From an uncultured delta proteobacterium (GTDB lineage Bacteria; Desulfobacterota; Syntrophia; Syntrophales; UBA2185): 64,000 nucleotides of DNA. Of the stretch, positions 45,908 to 56,544 are shown one piece after another (position 1 is the first letter of the stretch; each line of letters opens with the position of its first letter). A program made the position numbers and the translations under genes. The notes below the pieces were generated by a model. That model did no database searches and was not told where the DNA came from. It saw only the letters and a list, made by a program, of their open reading frames with translations. The stretch covers positions 32,001 through 96,000 of the forward strand of contig CAVSPA010000010.1 of the NCBI GenBank assembly GCA_963729715.1. The letters run 5' to 3'.

Positions 45908-48814
45908 ATGTCTAAGAGATTGATGAATAAGGATAGATCGCAAGGGATGTCAAAATCGGAAGAAACAATATCCGAGCGCGACTGGACGGAAAAAAAGGTG
46001 CGCGAAGGTGAGATGCTTTTTCAAAGCCTCACTGAAAACTCCTTTGCTGCCGCATTTGTTGTCCAGAATGGGAAGTTTCGTTACATAAACACGAGTGCAG
46101 TTGCATATGCCGGTTATTCGGCGGGAGATCTCATAGGAAAGGACTCGGATATTATCGTCCATCCGGATGACAGGGCGATGGTTAAGGAGAAAGCTCGCGA
46201 GATGCTGCAGGGAAGAGATTCCGCGCCGTTCGGATTCCGGATGGTTACCAAGAAGGGAACGATAAGATCGATACTCCAAATAGTATCTCCTATCCAATAC
46301 GATGGCAAGCCGGCTCTCCTCGGCAATGCAATCGACGTAACACAGCGAAAGAAAGTGGAAGAGGCCCTCCGGGAGTCGGAGAGGCGTCTTGCGGATATCA
46401 TCGATTTTCTGCCGGACGCGACTCTCGCCATCGACCGTGAAGGGAGAGTTATTGCATGGAATAGGGCCATGGAGGAGATGACGGGGGTGAAGGCTGAGAA
46501 CATGCTGGGCAGGGGGGACTATGAGTATGCCCTGCCGTTCTATGGCAAGCGATGCTCTCTCCTGATCGATCAGGTGTTGAAGCCGGACAAGAAAACTGAA
46601 CCGCATTACCATACCGTTCCCGACAAGGAGCAGGACCTTCTGATTGTAGAGACATTGGTTCCCTCGTTAAAAGGAAAAAAAGCCTTTCTCTGGGCAAAAG
46701 CAAGCCCACTCTACGACAGCAAAGGAGAGCTATTCGGTGCAATCGAGTCGATGAGGGACATAACCAAACGCAAAGAAGCGGAAAAGATGTTGCAGGAATC
46801 CGAGGAAAAATACCGATCCCTCGCATCCACTATTGATTTGATGTATCTCGTTGACAAGGATTGCAGGTATCTGTTCATGAACGAGGGGCACTTATCAAGA
46901 TTTGGTATTCCTTTAGACAAGATGGAAGGGAGATTCTACAACGAGTTCCATTCCGAAGCGGATTCGAAAGAATTTTCGGACATCGTAAGACGTATCTTCG
47001 AGACGGGCCAAGCCGTCCAGCATGAGCATCGAAGCGGGAGAGACGGCAGGTACTTTCTCAGGACATTAAGCCCCGTTAAAGATCCTGATGGAAGAACAAC
47101 AGCGGTAACGGTTGTTTCCAAAGACATTACCGTGCGCACGCGGATGGAAGAGGCGCTGAGAGAATCAGAGAGGCGCCTCGCGGATATTATTGATTTTCTG
47201 CCGGACGCGACACTGGCAATTGACCTCACGGGTAAGATTATTGCGTGGAATCATGCCATAGAGGAAATGACTGGGGTTAAGGCTTCCGACATATTAGGGA
47301 AAGGGGACTATGAGTATGCCCTTCCGTTTTATGGTGTAAGAAGGCCTATCTTGATCGATCTTGTACTGAAGCCGGATAAAAAAATTGAGCAGAGTTACTA
47401 CTCTTTCCTGGAAAAGCAAAAGGAGCTCCTGATCGTAGAGACTTGGGTTCCTTTTCTCAAGTGGAAGAAGGCGTTTCTCTGGGCGAAGGCAAGTCCACTC
47501 TATAACAGCAAGGGCGATATCGTGGGTGCCATTGAGTCGATCAGGGACATTACGGAACGCAAAGAGGCGGAAAAAATGCTTCAGGAATCCGAGGAAAAAT
47601 ACCGATCCCTCGCGTCCAGTATTGATTTGATGTATCTCGTTGACAAGGATTGTAAATATTTGTTCATGAATGAAGGACTCCTATCGAGGTTTGGCATTTC
47701 CTTACGCGACGTGGAAGGAAAATCATATGAGGACTTCCACGCTGAAGAGGATGCGAGAGAATTTACGGAAATCATCAACCGTATTTTCAAAATGGGCCAG
47801 GCAATCCAGCATGAGCACAAGAGCGGAAGAGATGACAAGTACTTTCTCCGGTCATTAAGTCCCGTTAAGGATTCTGAAGGCAGGACAATAGCCGTAACGG
47901 TGGTTTCGAAAGACATTACCAAGCGCAAGAGGGCGGAAGAGGCACTGAGGGAGTCAGAGAGGCGCTTGTCGGACATTATTGATTTCTTGCCGGATGCTAC
48001 GCTTGCGATTAACCGGAAGGGCAGCGTTATTGCGTGGAATCGCGCCATAGAGGAAATGACAGGGGTCAAGTCTGTAGACATAGTGGGAAAGGGCGATTTT
48101 GAGTATGCCTTGCCGTTTTACGGTGTCCGCAGACCTATCTTGATTGATCTTGTCTTGAAAGCGGACAAAAAAATAGAGCGGAGTTTCTATTCTGTCTTCA
48201 AGAAGGAGGAGGATCATCTTATCGTCGAGACGTGGGTTCCCGCTCTGAAGGACAAGAGAGCCTTCCTTTGGGCAAAGGCGAGTCCGCTTTACGACAGCAA
48301 GGGGCGCATCGTCGGTGCCATAGAATCGATCAGGGACATTACTGTGCGCAAGCAGGCGGAGGAAATGCTGGAAAAGAGAGAAGTTGAGCTTGAGGCAAAA
48401 ACAAACGAACTTGAAGACCTGAATGCAGCCTTGAGGGTCTTGCTTAAGCAAAGAGAAGAGGATAGAAATGAGCTTGAGCAAAAGGTTCTGTCAAATGTGA
48501 AGCTCCTTATCCTGCCATATATTGAGAAATTGAAAAGCCGTATAGATCTGAAAGGCTCATCTTATGTCAATGTGCTCGAATCAAATCTGAGAGAAATCGT
48601 ATCACCCTTTGCACAAAAATTGTCAGTCAAGTACTTGAATCTTACCAACAGAGAGGTTCAGATCGCCAACCTCATAAAGGAGGGAAAAACGACTAAAGAA
48701 ATAGCGGCACTTCTTAACGTCTCCGAAAGTGCAGTCAATGTGTACCGGTACCATATACGACGCAAACTAAGCTTAACCAAGAAACATAATCTTCGCTCCT
48801 ACTTATCCACGTAA
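45908..48814 (+). CDS. Multi-PAS (six PAS/PAC) LuxR-family transcriptional regulator
   Basis: Repeated IIDFLPDATLAID/AWN.A.EEMTG and YLVDKDC.YLFMN PAS units; C-terminal LTNREVQIANLIKEGKTTKEIAALL...IRRKL. Confidence 0.93.
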   Translation: MSKRLMNKDRSQGMSKSEETISERDWTEKKVREGEMLFQSLTENSFAAAFVVQNGKFRYINTSAVAYAGYSAGDLIGKDSDIIVHPDDRAMVKEKAREMLQGRDSAPFGFRMVTKKGTIRSILQIVSPIQYDGKPALLGNAIDVTQRKKVEEALRESERRLADIIDFLPDATLAIDREGRVIAWNRAMEEMTGVKAENMLGRGDYEYALPFYGKRCSLLIDQVLKPDKKTEPHYHTVPDKEQDLLIVETLVPSLKGKKAFLWAKASPLYDSKGELFGAIESMRDITKRKEAEKMLQESEEKYRSLASTIDLMYLVDKDCRYLFMNEGHLSRFGIPLDKMEGRFYNEFHSEADSKEFSDIVRRIFETGQAVQHEHRSGRDGRYFLRTLSPVKDPDGRTTAVTVVSKDITVRTRMEEALRESERRLADIIDFLPDATLAIDLTGKIIAWNHAIEEMTGVKASDILGKGDYEYALPFYGVRRPILIDLVLKPDKKIEQSYYSFLEKQKELLIVETWVPFLKWKKAFLWAKASPLYNSKGDIVGAIESIRDITERKEAEKMLQESEEKYRSLASSIDLMYLVDKDCKYLFMNEGLLSRFGISLRDVEGKSYEDFHAEEDAREFTEIINRIFKMGQAIQHEHKSGRDDKYFLRSLSPVKDSEGRTIAVTVVSKDITKRKRAEEALRESERRLSDIIDFLPDATLAINRKGSVIAWNRAIEEMTGVKSVDIVGKGDFEYALPFYGVRRPILIDLVLKADKKIERSFYSVFKKEEDHLIVETWVPALKDKRAFLWAKASPLYDSKGRIVGAIESIRDITVRKQAEEMLEKREVELEAKTNELEDLNAALRVLLKQREEDRNELEQKVLSNVKLLILPYIEKLKSRIDLKGSSYVNVLESNLREIVSPFAQKLSVKYLNLTNREVQIANLIKEGKTTKEIAALLNVSESAVNVYRYHIRRKLSLTKKHNLRSYLST

Positions 48815-49241
48815 TTTTCGAAATGTTAAATATTCCTTAATATTACTTATAAATCTTTTAATATTGTCTTTTAGCATTTATATCTATATAAGGTGCTAAA
48901 CCTGATCGCAGTTTAAAGCTTCCAAATTATCCCTTTTAAGTTTTAGATACTTATATCATTAATAGATACCTACAGTTAGTACAGTATACCCCATGACCTG
49001 CATCAAGAGGCTCCACAGAATGACAGTGGCGGAATAATGGCGAAGTGGTTCATCCTTGAAATTGTAGTAGCATATTTTATATAACGCCAGATTTAAGCAG
49101 TCGTCACGGGGAAATTATAAACGTGTATTGAACATTAAGGAAGGAGGTGATCATCAGTAATAGATTAGAGTTATGATCCGGTAAGCGAATTCTGGAAGAC
49201 TTTAACAACTTTAATTGGAATCAAAAAAGGAGGATGACATT

Positions 49242-50534
49242 ATGGCAGGAGAATTACGGCCTCGTTGGGGTCAACCCATGACAGGCATTATTTCTACCAT
49301 AGCTTTTTTCTTGATCGCTTGGTTTACCTGGTATCTTTTCAGCGATCCGCGTGGACCGGTAGGCTTATTTCCGTATCCGTTTGTTCTGATACTCGCCTGG
49401 ATGATTCTGGTGGGTTTATGGCAGCACATGTTTTTGGGTGACTGGCCGTTTCAGAAATTATCGCCACCCGTCAGAGGGGTAGTGATGACTATTGTGAACC
49501 TGATTGGTGTGTGGTTTATGATCGAAGTCATCTTTAATCGGGTTTTAGGTCTGGGTTTCAATTTTTTAAGTCAATCCAATCTTAATGCACTGGCAGCGGC
49601 AGGGGCAACGGTGTTGCCCGAAGCATGCGGGAAGACACTTACTTTCGAAGCGATGAAAGGTGCACACTTTGCGCAGAGTGCAGGCGTAGGATTTGTGTTG
49701 ATTGGATTCTACGCGTATCCATTTGTTACAATCCTCTTCGGAAAATGGCCGATCCGTCCCAGTAACCTGGAGCAGCCCGCAGCCGGTGTTGCTGAAATCG
49801 GTTATTGCAGCTTGCTCGTCCTCTTCTTCTACGTCGTTCTTATCGTTCCCTTCTTTGGTTTGGTCTTCGAGAAGATGTTCGGTAACGCCTATGGGATGGC
49901 CACTCCCTGGTGGGGCGGTATAGGCGGCACCCCCCATCTGCACTGGGTATTCGGCTGGTGGGAGTGGGCGGTTATCGTCCTCTTCATGACGGCCAATGTC
50001 TGGCGTATGAAACCATGGTCGCTCATTAAGCTGCCGCAGCCCTGGAAAGGTCTCGTTTCTTTTTGCGGTACCATAGTACTTGCATACATTCTCGCTTTGA
50101 TTTGTCTGAAAATCATCCCGCTATGGGCGAACATGGATGATATCACTCACCATCTGCCCGCCGGAGATAAAGGAAATCCCATACGGTTCCTGTGGTATCA
50201 CTCAGCGGAGATCGCTGGCATGACCCTAATTCCTTTCCTGCAGTGGCACCACTATTGGGATGATATGTCCCCAGCGAAGAATGTAGATTCCTGGGGCGGA
50301 TTCTGGTTCCGAACTTTTGGTGTGGTTATTTTAGCCGCAGTTCTGTATGTGTGTTACTACTATTTGAACTTCGGTTACTGGGGACTGGGCAATCACCACA
50401 TGGAGCACGATATTGCTGAAAGGTTATTAAACGGTGAATCTCTCATCTGGAATTTCTGGTGGATTATCCCTCTTCTCTGGAATGAGTGGTTCTTCCACAA
50501 GTGGCCTTTCTACGTTCATGATGAGCATCATTAA
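49242..50534 (+). CDS. Trp-rich polytopic membrane protein, putative transporter
   Basis: Roughly ten hydrophobic segments, repeated WPF/WP loop motifs; SD AAGGAGG before ATG 49242. Confidence 0.8.
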   Translation: MAGELRPRWGQPMTGIISTIAFFLIAWFTWYLFSDPRGPVGLFPYPFVLILAWMILVGLWQHMFLGDWPFQKLSPPVRGVVMTIVNLIGVWFMIEVIFNRVLGLGFNFLSQSNLNALAAAGATVLPEACGKTLTFEAMKGAHFAQSAGVGFVLIGFYAYPFVTILFGKWPIRPSNLEQPAAGVAEIGYCSLLVLFFYVVLIVPFFGLVFEKMFGNAYGMATPWWGGIGGTPHLHWVFGWWEWAVIVLFMTANVWRMKPWSLIKLPQPWKGLVSFCGTIVLAYILALICLKIIPLWANMDDITHHLPAGDKGNPIRFLWYHSAEIAGMTLIPFLQWHHYWDDMSPAKNVDSWGGFWFRTFGVVILAAVLYVCYYYLNFGYWGLGNHHMEHDIAERLLNGESLIWNFWWIIPLLWNEWFFHKWPFYVHDEHH

Positions 50535-50547
50535 TTAATTCGAGTCG

Positions 50548-50578
50548 AGGCAAAGGGGCTTGTCAGCCCCTTTGCCTA
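50548..50578 (+). terminator. Stem-loop terminator
   Basis: aggcaaaggggct-tgtc-agcccctttgcct perfect stem. Confidence 0.7.
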
Positions 50579-50670
50579 ACGTTTAGGATGATGCTATCCG
50601 GTTACAGGTATTCATTTACGTGAACGTTGAATGTGCTAATTAGTAATGTTTTCTTGAAAAGGAGGAAGTT

Positions 50671-51726
50671 ATGGCGAGAATTCGCGGGAAAGCTAAGAAA
50701 GCTGAAATTATGACGCTTGAAGAAGCGGTCAAAAAATATATGCATAACGGGATACAGATTGCCTTCAGCGGGTTTACAGGGTTCAACAGAAACCCGGTGG
50801 CCTTTGCCTGGGAAGTGGTAAGACAAAAATACAAGGACCTGCATGTTATCGACAGGCATGGCAGTTGCTGTACCTGGCTTCTTAACACCGTCGGCGCTAT
50901 TAAAATTTATGAAACCGACTGGATGGGCTGGGGGGAGATGGCGGGAAAACTCGACATCAACATGGAAAGGATTTACAAGACAGGAAAGATAATACTTGAA
51001 GACTATGCTCATGGTGCAATGGCGATGAGATTCCTTGCAGGAGCCATCGGCGCGCCATTTATTCCCTATTATGCCCCGCTCGGATCAGACCTCTATAATC
51101 CGGACTATGATGCACTAGGGAGAGCTGGCCTCAGAAATGGTAAAAATCCGAGAATCCCAAAGAAGAAATTCATCCAGATTGAAGAGCCTTTCTTTGGCGA
51201 TGGAGAGGTCGTCCTCCTGCCTGCTGCAAGGCCCGAACTGGCAGTCATCCATGTATCTAAGGTGGGTGATAAAGGGACTGCGAGGTGGCGGGGCGTTGGA
51301 ACGATTGATAAAGAAATAGCCTTTGCCTGCGACAAGGTAGTGATCACGGCCGAAGAGGTTGTTCCCGAAGGAGAGATGAGGAAGGATCCGGAAGCCAATC
51401 AGATTCCCTTCTTCACTGTTGACGCCATTGTGGAAGTACCCTGGGGAGCTTTTCCGAGCGGTGTCCCTTTCTATTATGACTATGACGCGCCCTTTATGAG
51501 GGAGATGGATAAAGCATCGAGAAACGCGGAAGATTTGAAAAAATGGATCGATGAATGGGTTTTTGGCCCGAAGAACTGGGAGGAATTTATTGTTAAGCTC
51601 GGTGCAAAGAAATTGTTGTCCCTCAAAGCGGACAGTACTACCGGATACAGCACCAAGATGATGCGGGGAAAGAACCCGGCGCCGAGGATGAAGATGCCTT
51701 TGTCCGTCGCTCGAAGTGGCTATTAA
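50671..51726 (+). CDS. Family I CoA-transferase subunit A (glutaconate CoA-transferase-like)
   Basis: MTLEEAV..., RFLAGAIGAPF.P, AVIHV...D..G, VVITAEEVV, VDAIVEVPWGAFP..YYDYD. Confidence 0.88.
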   Translation: MARIRGKAKKAEIMTLEEAVKKYMHNGIQIAFSGFTGFNRNPVAFAWEVVRQKYKDLHVIDRHGSCCTWLLNTVGAIKIYETDWMGWGEMAGKLDINMERIYKTGKIILEDYAHGAMAMRFLAGAIGAPFIPYYAPLGSDLYNPDYDALGRAGLRNGKNPRIPKKKFIQIEEPFFGDGEVVLLPAARPELAVIHVSKVGDKGTARWRGVGTIDKEIAFACDKVVITAEEVVPEGEMRKDPEANQIPFFTVDAIVEVPWGAFPSGVPFYYDYDAPFMREMDKASRNAEDLKKWIDEWVFGPKNWEEFIVKLGAKKLLSLKADSTTGYSTKMMRGKNPAPRMKMPLSVARSGY

Positions 51727-51739
51727 AGGAAAGGGGGGA

Positions 51740-52642
51740 ATGAAAATGGCTAAAACAATGGAACAGTTGATGGAATTGATCGACAAGATACCCAATGAGA
51801 AGGCCAAAGCGGGTGAATTTATCCTGCCGGAATTGATGGCTATCGCCATTGCTCACGAGGTCCTGAACGATGATATCGTCTTCGCGGGTACGGGACTTCC
51901 CATGGTGGGGATTATGGCCGCCAATATGCTGAATGCACCCAACGCGGTGTTGATATACGAATCCGGGGTATGCGACGGGAAGACCATGCATGTGCCCATG
52001 TCCGTGGCTGACCAGAGGGCCGCCAATCTGGCTTCCACCCTTGGTGGACTGGTGGATACCTTCGGATATTATCTGCAGCAGGGTTTTGTGACCTTAGGGT
52101 TCCTCGGTGGGGCCGCTATTGATAAATACGGCGGCGTAAATGTAACATCTATCGGTGATTATTACGCCCCAGCACACCGCTTCACAGGGTCTGGGGGGAA
52201 TTCCGACATAGGAACCATGTCGAAAAGAGTTGCGTACATCATCCTTCAGGAAAAGAGGAGGTTCCTGGAGAGGAATGATTATACCACAACACCCGGTTGG
52301 TGGTGCTGGGATTTCAAGACACGGGAGTGGAAGCCGAAAAAGGAGGTCTGGAAAGGCACACCTTATGCGGATTGCGGCCCCTGTGGCGTGGTAACTAATA
52401 TGGGCGTATACCGGTTTGATGAAAAGGGAATCATCTACCTGGAAACCTGCCACCCCGGTATTAGCGTGGAGAAGATAAAAGAGAATTGTGGATTTGACTT
52501 GAATGTTTCAAAAATCAAAGGTGAGACGCCAAATCCGACTTACAAGGAGCTCTTTGTCCTCAGAGAGTTCGTTGATCCGGAATTAATCTTCCTGCCGGCG
52601 AAAACGGAATATCCCGCCGTGATCAAGTCAATTATTGGTTAG
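51740..52642 (+). CDS. Family I CoA-transferase subunit B
   Basis: ELMAIAIA...VFAGTGLP...LIYESG (catalytic Glu) ...GFLGGAAIDKYG.VN...GSGG..D. Confidence 0.9.
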   Translation: MKMAKTMEQLMELIDKIPNEKAKAGEFILPELMAIAIAHEVLNDDIVFAGTGLPMVGIMAANMLNAPNAVLIYESGVCDGKTMHVPMSVADQRAANLASTLGGLVDTFGYYLQQGFVTLGFLGGAAIDKYGGVNVTSIGDYYAPAHRFTGSGGNSDIGTMSKRVAYIILQEKRRFLERNDYTTTPGWWCWDFKTREWKPKKEVWKGTPYADCGPCGVVTNMGVYRFDEKGIIYLETCHPGISVEKIKENCGFDLNVSKIKGETPNPTYKELFVLREFVDPELIFLPAKTEYPAVIKSIIG

Positions 52643-52721
52643 AAAGTAACTCTGATTATGTGGATCCTGTCAACCTGCCGCTCAGGCAGGCTGGCAGGAT
52701 AATTAGAAGGGAGGAAGGCAT

Positions 52722-53888
52722 ACGAATTTAGATCTGATAGAAGAGCAAACAATTATTCAAGACACGGCTCGGCGCTTTGCGAAAACAGAGCTGGAACCTG
52801 TAGCAGCGCGGCTGGACCAGGTAGGTGATCGGGATACCTTTTTAAAAAATTTGAAGAAACTTGCCGAACTCGGTTTGATGGGCATCAATGTGAAGAGTGA
52901 ATATGGAGGCTCTGAAGCAGGTGTTGTGTCCTTCAGTCTGGCGGTTACGGAGATTGCGAGGGCTTGTGCTTCTACGGCAGTGACCATGTCCGTTAATAAT
53001 ATGGTTTGTGAAGTAATTCAGGCTATCGGCACTGAAGAGCAGAAGATGGTGTACATCCCGAAGATTTGCTCGGGTGAATACTATGCCGGCGGTTTTGGCT
53101 TGACGGAAACCGTGGCAGGCTCCGATGCCGCGGCGCTTCAGACGTCTGCCGTTCTGGACGGTGAGCAATGGGTTCTCAATGGGTCAAAGATGTTTATTAC
53201 CAGCGCCGAATACGCGGGCGTGTTTGTCGTTTGGGCGGTGACCGACAAGAAGGCGAAAAAAGGCAGCGGCATAAGCACATTTCTCGTTGAAAACGGTGCG
53301 CCTGGTCTTAAGATCGGACGGTTAGAGCACAAAATGGGGCAGCACGCTTCTTCAACAAATGAACTGATCTTTGAAGACTGCCGGATACCGAAATCAGCCC
53401 TGATGGGGAAATTGAATGGCGGCTTCAAGACGGCCACAGGAGAACTCGCCGGTGGACGCATAGGCATAGGATCTCTTGGTTTGGGTATCGGACTTGCGGC
53501 GATGGATTATGCCACACGATATGCAATAGAAAGAAAGCAATTCGATCAGTCCATAACGAATTTCCAGGCAATCCAGTGGATGATTGCAGAGTCCTATACG
53601 GAGCTCGAGGCGGCAAGACTTCTTCTCATGAATGCAGCGTTCAAGAAAGAGCAGGGCAAGCCCTTTGCAAGGGAAGCGTCCATGGCAAAGTATTTTGCTA
53701 CCGAAGCGGCCGATAGGGCGTGTTTCAACGCGATTCAGATGCTTGGGGGGTATGGATACACCAATGAATTCCCCGTTGAACGTTATGCGAGAGATGTCCG
53801 TATTACATTGATCTATGAAGGCACCAACCAGATCCAACGGATGATAGTTGCAAGGGACATCATAAACAGCCTGAAAGAATCGGCATAA
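52722..53888 (+). CDS. Acyl-CoA dehydrogenase (short/branched-chain type); apparent start codon is ACG
   Basis: FGLTE..AGSDA, NGSKMFIT, GRIGIG, GGYGY..E.PVER..RD.RI..IYEGTNQIQR; frame open upstream of 52851 to an ACG at 52722 behind GGAGG. Confidence 0.92.
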   Translation, partial: TNLDLIEEQTIIQDTARRFAKTELEPVAARLDQVGDRDTFLKNLKKLAELGLMGINVKSEYGGSEAGVVSFSLAVTEIARACASTAVTMSVNNMVCEVIQAIGTEEQKMVYIPKICSGEYYAGGFGLTETVAGSDAAALQTSAVLDGEQWVLNGSKMFITSAEYAGVFVVWAVTDKKAKKGSGISTFLVENGAPGLKIGRLEHKMGQHASSTNELIFEDCRIPKSALMGKLNGGFKTATGELAGGRIGIGSLGLGIGLAAMDYATRYAIERKQFDQSITNFQAIQWMIAESYTELEAARLLLMNAAFKKEQGKPFAREASMAKYFATEAADRACFNAIQMLGGYGYTNEFPVERYARDVRITLIYEGTNQIQRMIVARDIINSLKESA

Positions 53889-54180
53889 ACGGACCTCTGA
53901 GCGTGTGACGCTCAAGGTTCTGCATATAGGCAGTTTAGGTTTCTGACTCATAGAAGATTAGCTGAAATCTTCAGATTACAAGGCCGAGTGGAAGTTTTCG
54001 CTATTGATGACCTGCGACTGCCGAAGCCATATTGTTTGTGAGATAGTGACGGAAGAGAACCTTCGACCGTTTAGTTTAAACAGTTGCTTTGAAAATTGTC
54101 ATCGATAGCGCTCATGCCATATTCTCACTTTTCCGATGACAAAATCCGATTTTGCAAAGCTCTAAAAAATGGGGGTAGGA

Positions 54181-55536
54181 ATGGAAAAAGTGCCGCAGAA
54201 ATTGGAAAAGACCAGGGCAGAGATGTATGCTCATGCGCCAATCTCAAAGTTCGGTCAGAGAAAACCTGATTTCTCAACCATGGGACGGAAAATAAAAAAT
54301 CAATTTAAGAGCGTCAGAGAAGTTGTCGTTGTAGAAGCATGCCGGACGCCTTACGGCAGATTCGGAGGAGCGCTAAAAGATTTTACAGCTCCTGAGCTCG
54401 GTGCCTTGGCAATCAAGGAAGTAATCAGACGGACAAACGGAAAGGTTAAACCATCTGACGTGGATTACGTTTTCCTGGGGCAGGTAGTTCCTGCAGGGTG
54501 CGGGCAGATCCCCAGCAGGCAGGCTACTATCCTGGCGGGTCTCCCCGAATCCATTCCCTCCATTACAATCAATAAAGTGTGTTCTTCAGGTATTAAGCCG
54601 ATCGACCTCGCAGTCCAGATGATACAACTGGGACGGGCCGAGATTTGTGTAGCAGGCGGCCAGGAGAGTATGAGCAACGGCCCGTATGCGTTGCCCGAGA
54701 TGAGATGGGGCGCAAGGATGGGCCTTCCGACCAGGCCCGCGCTTGATTTGGTTGTATACGACGGGCTTTGGGACGCATTCTATAACCGGCATATGGCCAT
54801 TCACGGCTCTGAGGTTGGAGATGAATTTGGCGTTACACGGCAGGACCAGGATGAATGGGCCCTTCGCTCCCAACTTGCAGCAGTTGAAGCCATGAAGACC
54901 GGGAAATTGGACGATGAAATATTTCCCGTCGAGGTGAAGCAGGGGAAAAAAGTCGTCATCTTTGACAAAGACGAAGGACCGAGGCCGGAAACAACCTTGG
55001 ACGGCTTAGCCAAGCTGCCGCCGGTCTTCAATCACAAGAGCCCGGTTACCGGGGGCCCCGGAAGCGTCACAGCCGGCAATGCGCCGGGCGTAAATGATGG
55101 CGGAGACGTGTGTCTCTTAATGAGTAGGCAAATGGCAGACAAGCTGGGCATAAAACCCCTGTTTACCATACTCGATTACGCTGAGGTTTCCCAGCCGCCG
55201 AAGGATATTGCGACAGTGCCGGGACTTGCAATCAAGAAACTTCTCGAGCAGAATGGCATGACCCTCGATCAGATAGATCTGCTGGAAATCAATGAAGCCT
55301 TTGCTGCCGTTGTCTTGGTCAGCGCCCGCAACATTTTGGGCATGAGCAAGGAAGATATGTATAAGAGGGTCAATGTGAATGGAAGCGCCATAGCATATGG
55401 CCATCCTATAGGTGCGACGGGCGCGAGGATCGTCATGACTCTTGCCTATGAACTGCGGCGAAGAGGTGGCGGGATCGGGATATGCGGAATCTGCTCGGGT
55501 CATGCTCAAGGTGACGCGATGCTGATCAAAGTATGA
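54181..55536 (+). CDS. Thiolase (acetyl-CoA C-acyltransferase) with N-terminal extension
   Basis: TINKVCSSG, AGGQESMS, TAGNAPGVNDG, EINEAFA, VNVNGSAIAYGHPIGATG, CSG. Confidence 0.95.
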   Translation: MEKVPQKLEKTRAEMYAHAPISKFGQRKPDFSTMGRKIKNQFKSVREVVVVEACRTPYGRFGGALKDFTAPELGALAIKEVIRRTNGKVKPSDVDYVFLGQVVPAGCGQIPSRQATILAGLPESIPSITINKVCSSGIKPIDLAVQMIQLGRAEICVAGGQESMSNGPYALPEMRWGARMGLPTRPALDLVVYDGLWDAFYNRHMAIHGSEVGDEFGVTRQDQDEWALRSQLAAVEAMKTGKLDDEIFPVEVKQGKKVVIFDKDEGPRPETTLDGLAKLPPVFNHKSPVTGGPGSVTAGNAPGVNDGGDVCLLMSRQMADKLGIKPLFTILDYAEVSQPPKDIATVPGLAIKKLLEQNGMTLDQIDLLEINEAFAAVVLVSARNILGMSKEDMYKRVNVNGSAIAYGHPIGATGARIVMTLAYELRRRGGGIGICGICSGHAQGDAMLIKV

Positions 55537-55686
55537 ACGATTGACTTTCCCTGAGGCTCGAGTTCTTTCTTCCGACCACATCGTCGCGCTTATCTCCGAT
55601 GAAATGGTACCGGGAAAAGACCTCTCAGTTGCCTTCATGGAAAGCTGATATTCTGAAAACAAAAAAATAACGGGAGGAAGGTAGTG

Positions 55687-56544
55687 ATGGCAGTTAAGAC
55701 ATTCGGCGTTATCGGAGCGGGTCAGATGGGCAACGGCATAGCTCAGGTTGCTGCAAGCCCAGGGGGACTGAATGTAATCATGAATGATATTGCAGACCAG
55801 TTTGTAGACAAGGGGTACGATACGATTTCGAAAAATCTGGACCGCCTTGTTGCCAAGGAAAAGCTGACGGCTGACCAGAAAAAAGAAATCATGAGCCGCA
55901 TCAAGAAGAGCACAAAGCTGGAAGACATGAAGGACGCCGATTTTGTTGTGGAGGCGGCGACTGAGCGAGAGGATCTCAAGCTTGGTGTCTTCAGAAAGCT
56001 TGATGAAGTCTGCAAGCCAGGGGTCATCCTTGCCACGAATACGTCCTCTATTCCCATTACGAGGATAGCCGGTGCAACAAAGAGGCCTGCCTTAGTCATC
56101 GGGATGCATTTTATGAACCCCGTTCCCGTGATGAGACTCGTAGAGATCATCAGGGGTTTGGCTACCTCTCAAGAGACGTACAACATGACAGAGGCCCTGT
56201 CCAAGCAGTTCGGGAAGGTTCCTGTCGAGTGCAATGACTTTCCGGGATTTCTATCGAACAGGATACTTATGCCCATGATCAATGAGGCCGTTTATACCCT
56301 GATGGAAGGAGTGGGCACGCCCAAGGCCATTGATGATATCATGGTATTGGGCATGAATCACCCCATGGGTCCTCTCGCGTTGGCTGACCTGATTGGTCTC
56401 GATACATGCTGGGCCATAATGGACGTTCTCTACAAAGGATTTGGCGATTCCAAGTACCGTCCCTGTCCGCTCCTGAAGAAATACGTGGATGCAGGCTACA
56501 TGGGAAGAAAGACGGGAAAAGGATTCTACGATTACGGCAAGTAA
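55687..56544 (+). CDS. hbd: 3-hydroxybutyryl-CoA dehydrogenase
   Basis: [58 protein letters not shown]. Confidence 0.94.
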   Translation: MAVKTFGVIGAGQMGNGIAQVAASPGGLNVIMNDIADQFVDKGYDTISKNLDRLVAKEKLTADQKKEIMSRIKKSTKLEDMKDADFVVEAATEREDLKLGVFRKLDEVCKPGVILATNTSSIPITRIAGATKRPALVIGMHFMNPVPVMRLVEIIRGLATSQETYNMTEALSKQFGKVPVECNDFPGFLSNRILMPMINEAVYTLMEGVGTPKAIDDIMVLGMNHPMGPLALADLIGLDTCWAIMDVLYKGFGDSKYRPCPLLKKYVDAGYMGRKTGKGFYDYGK

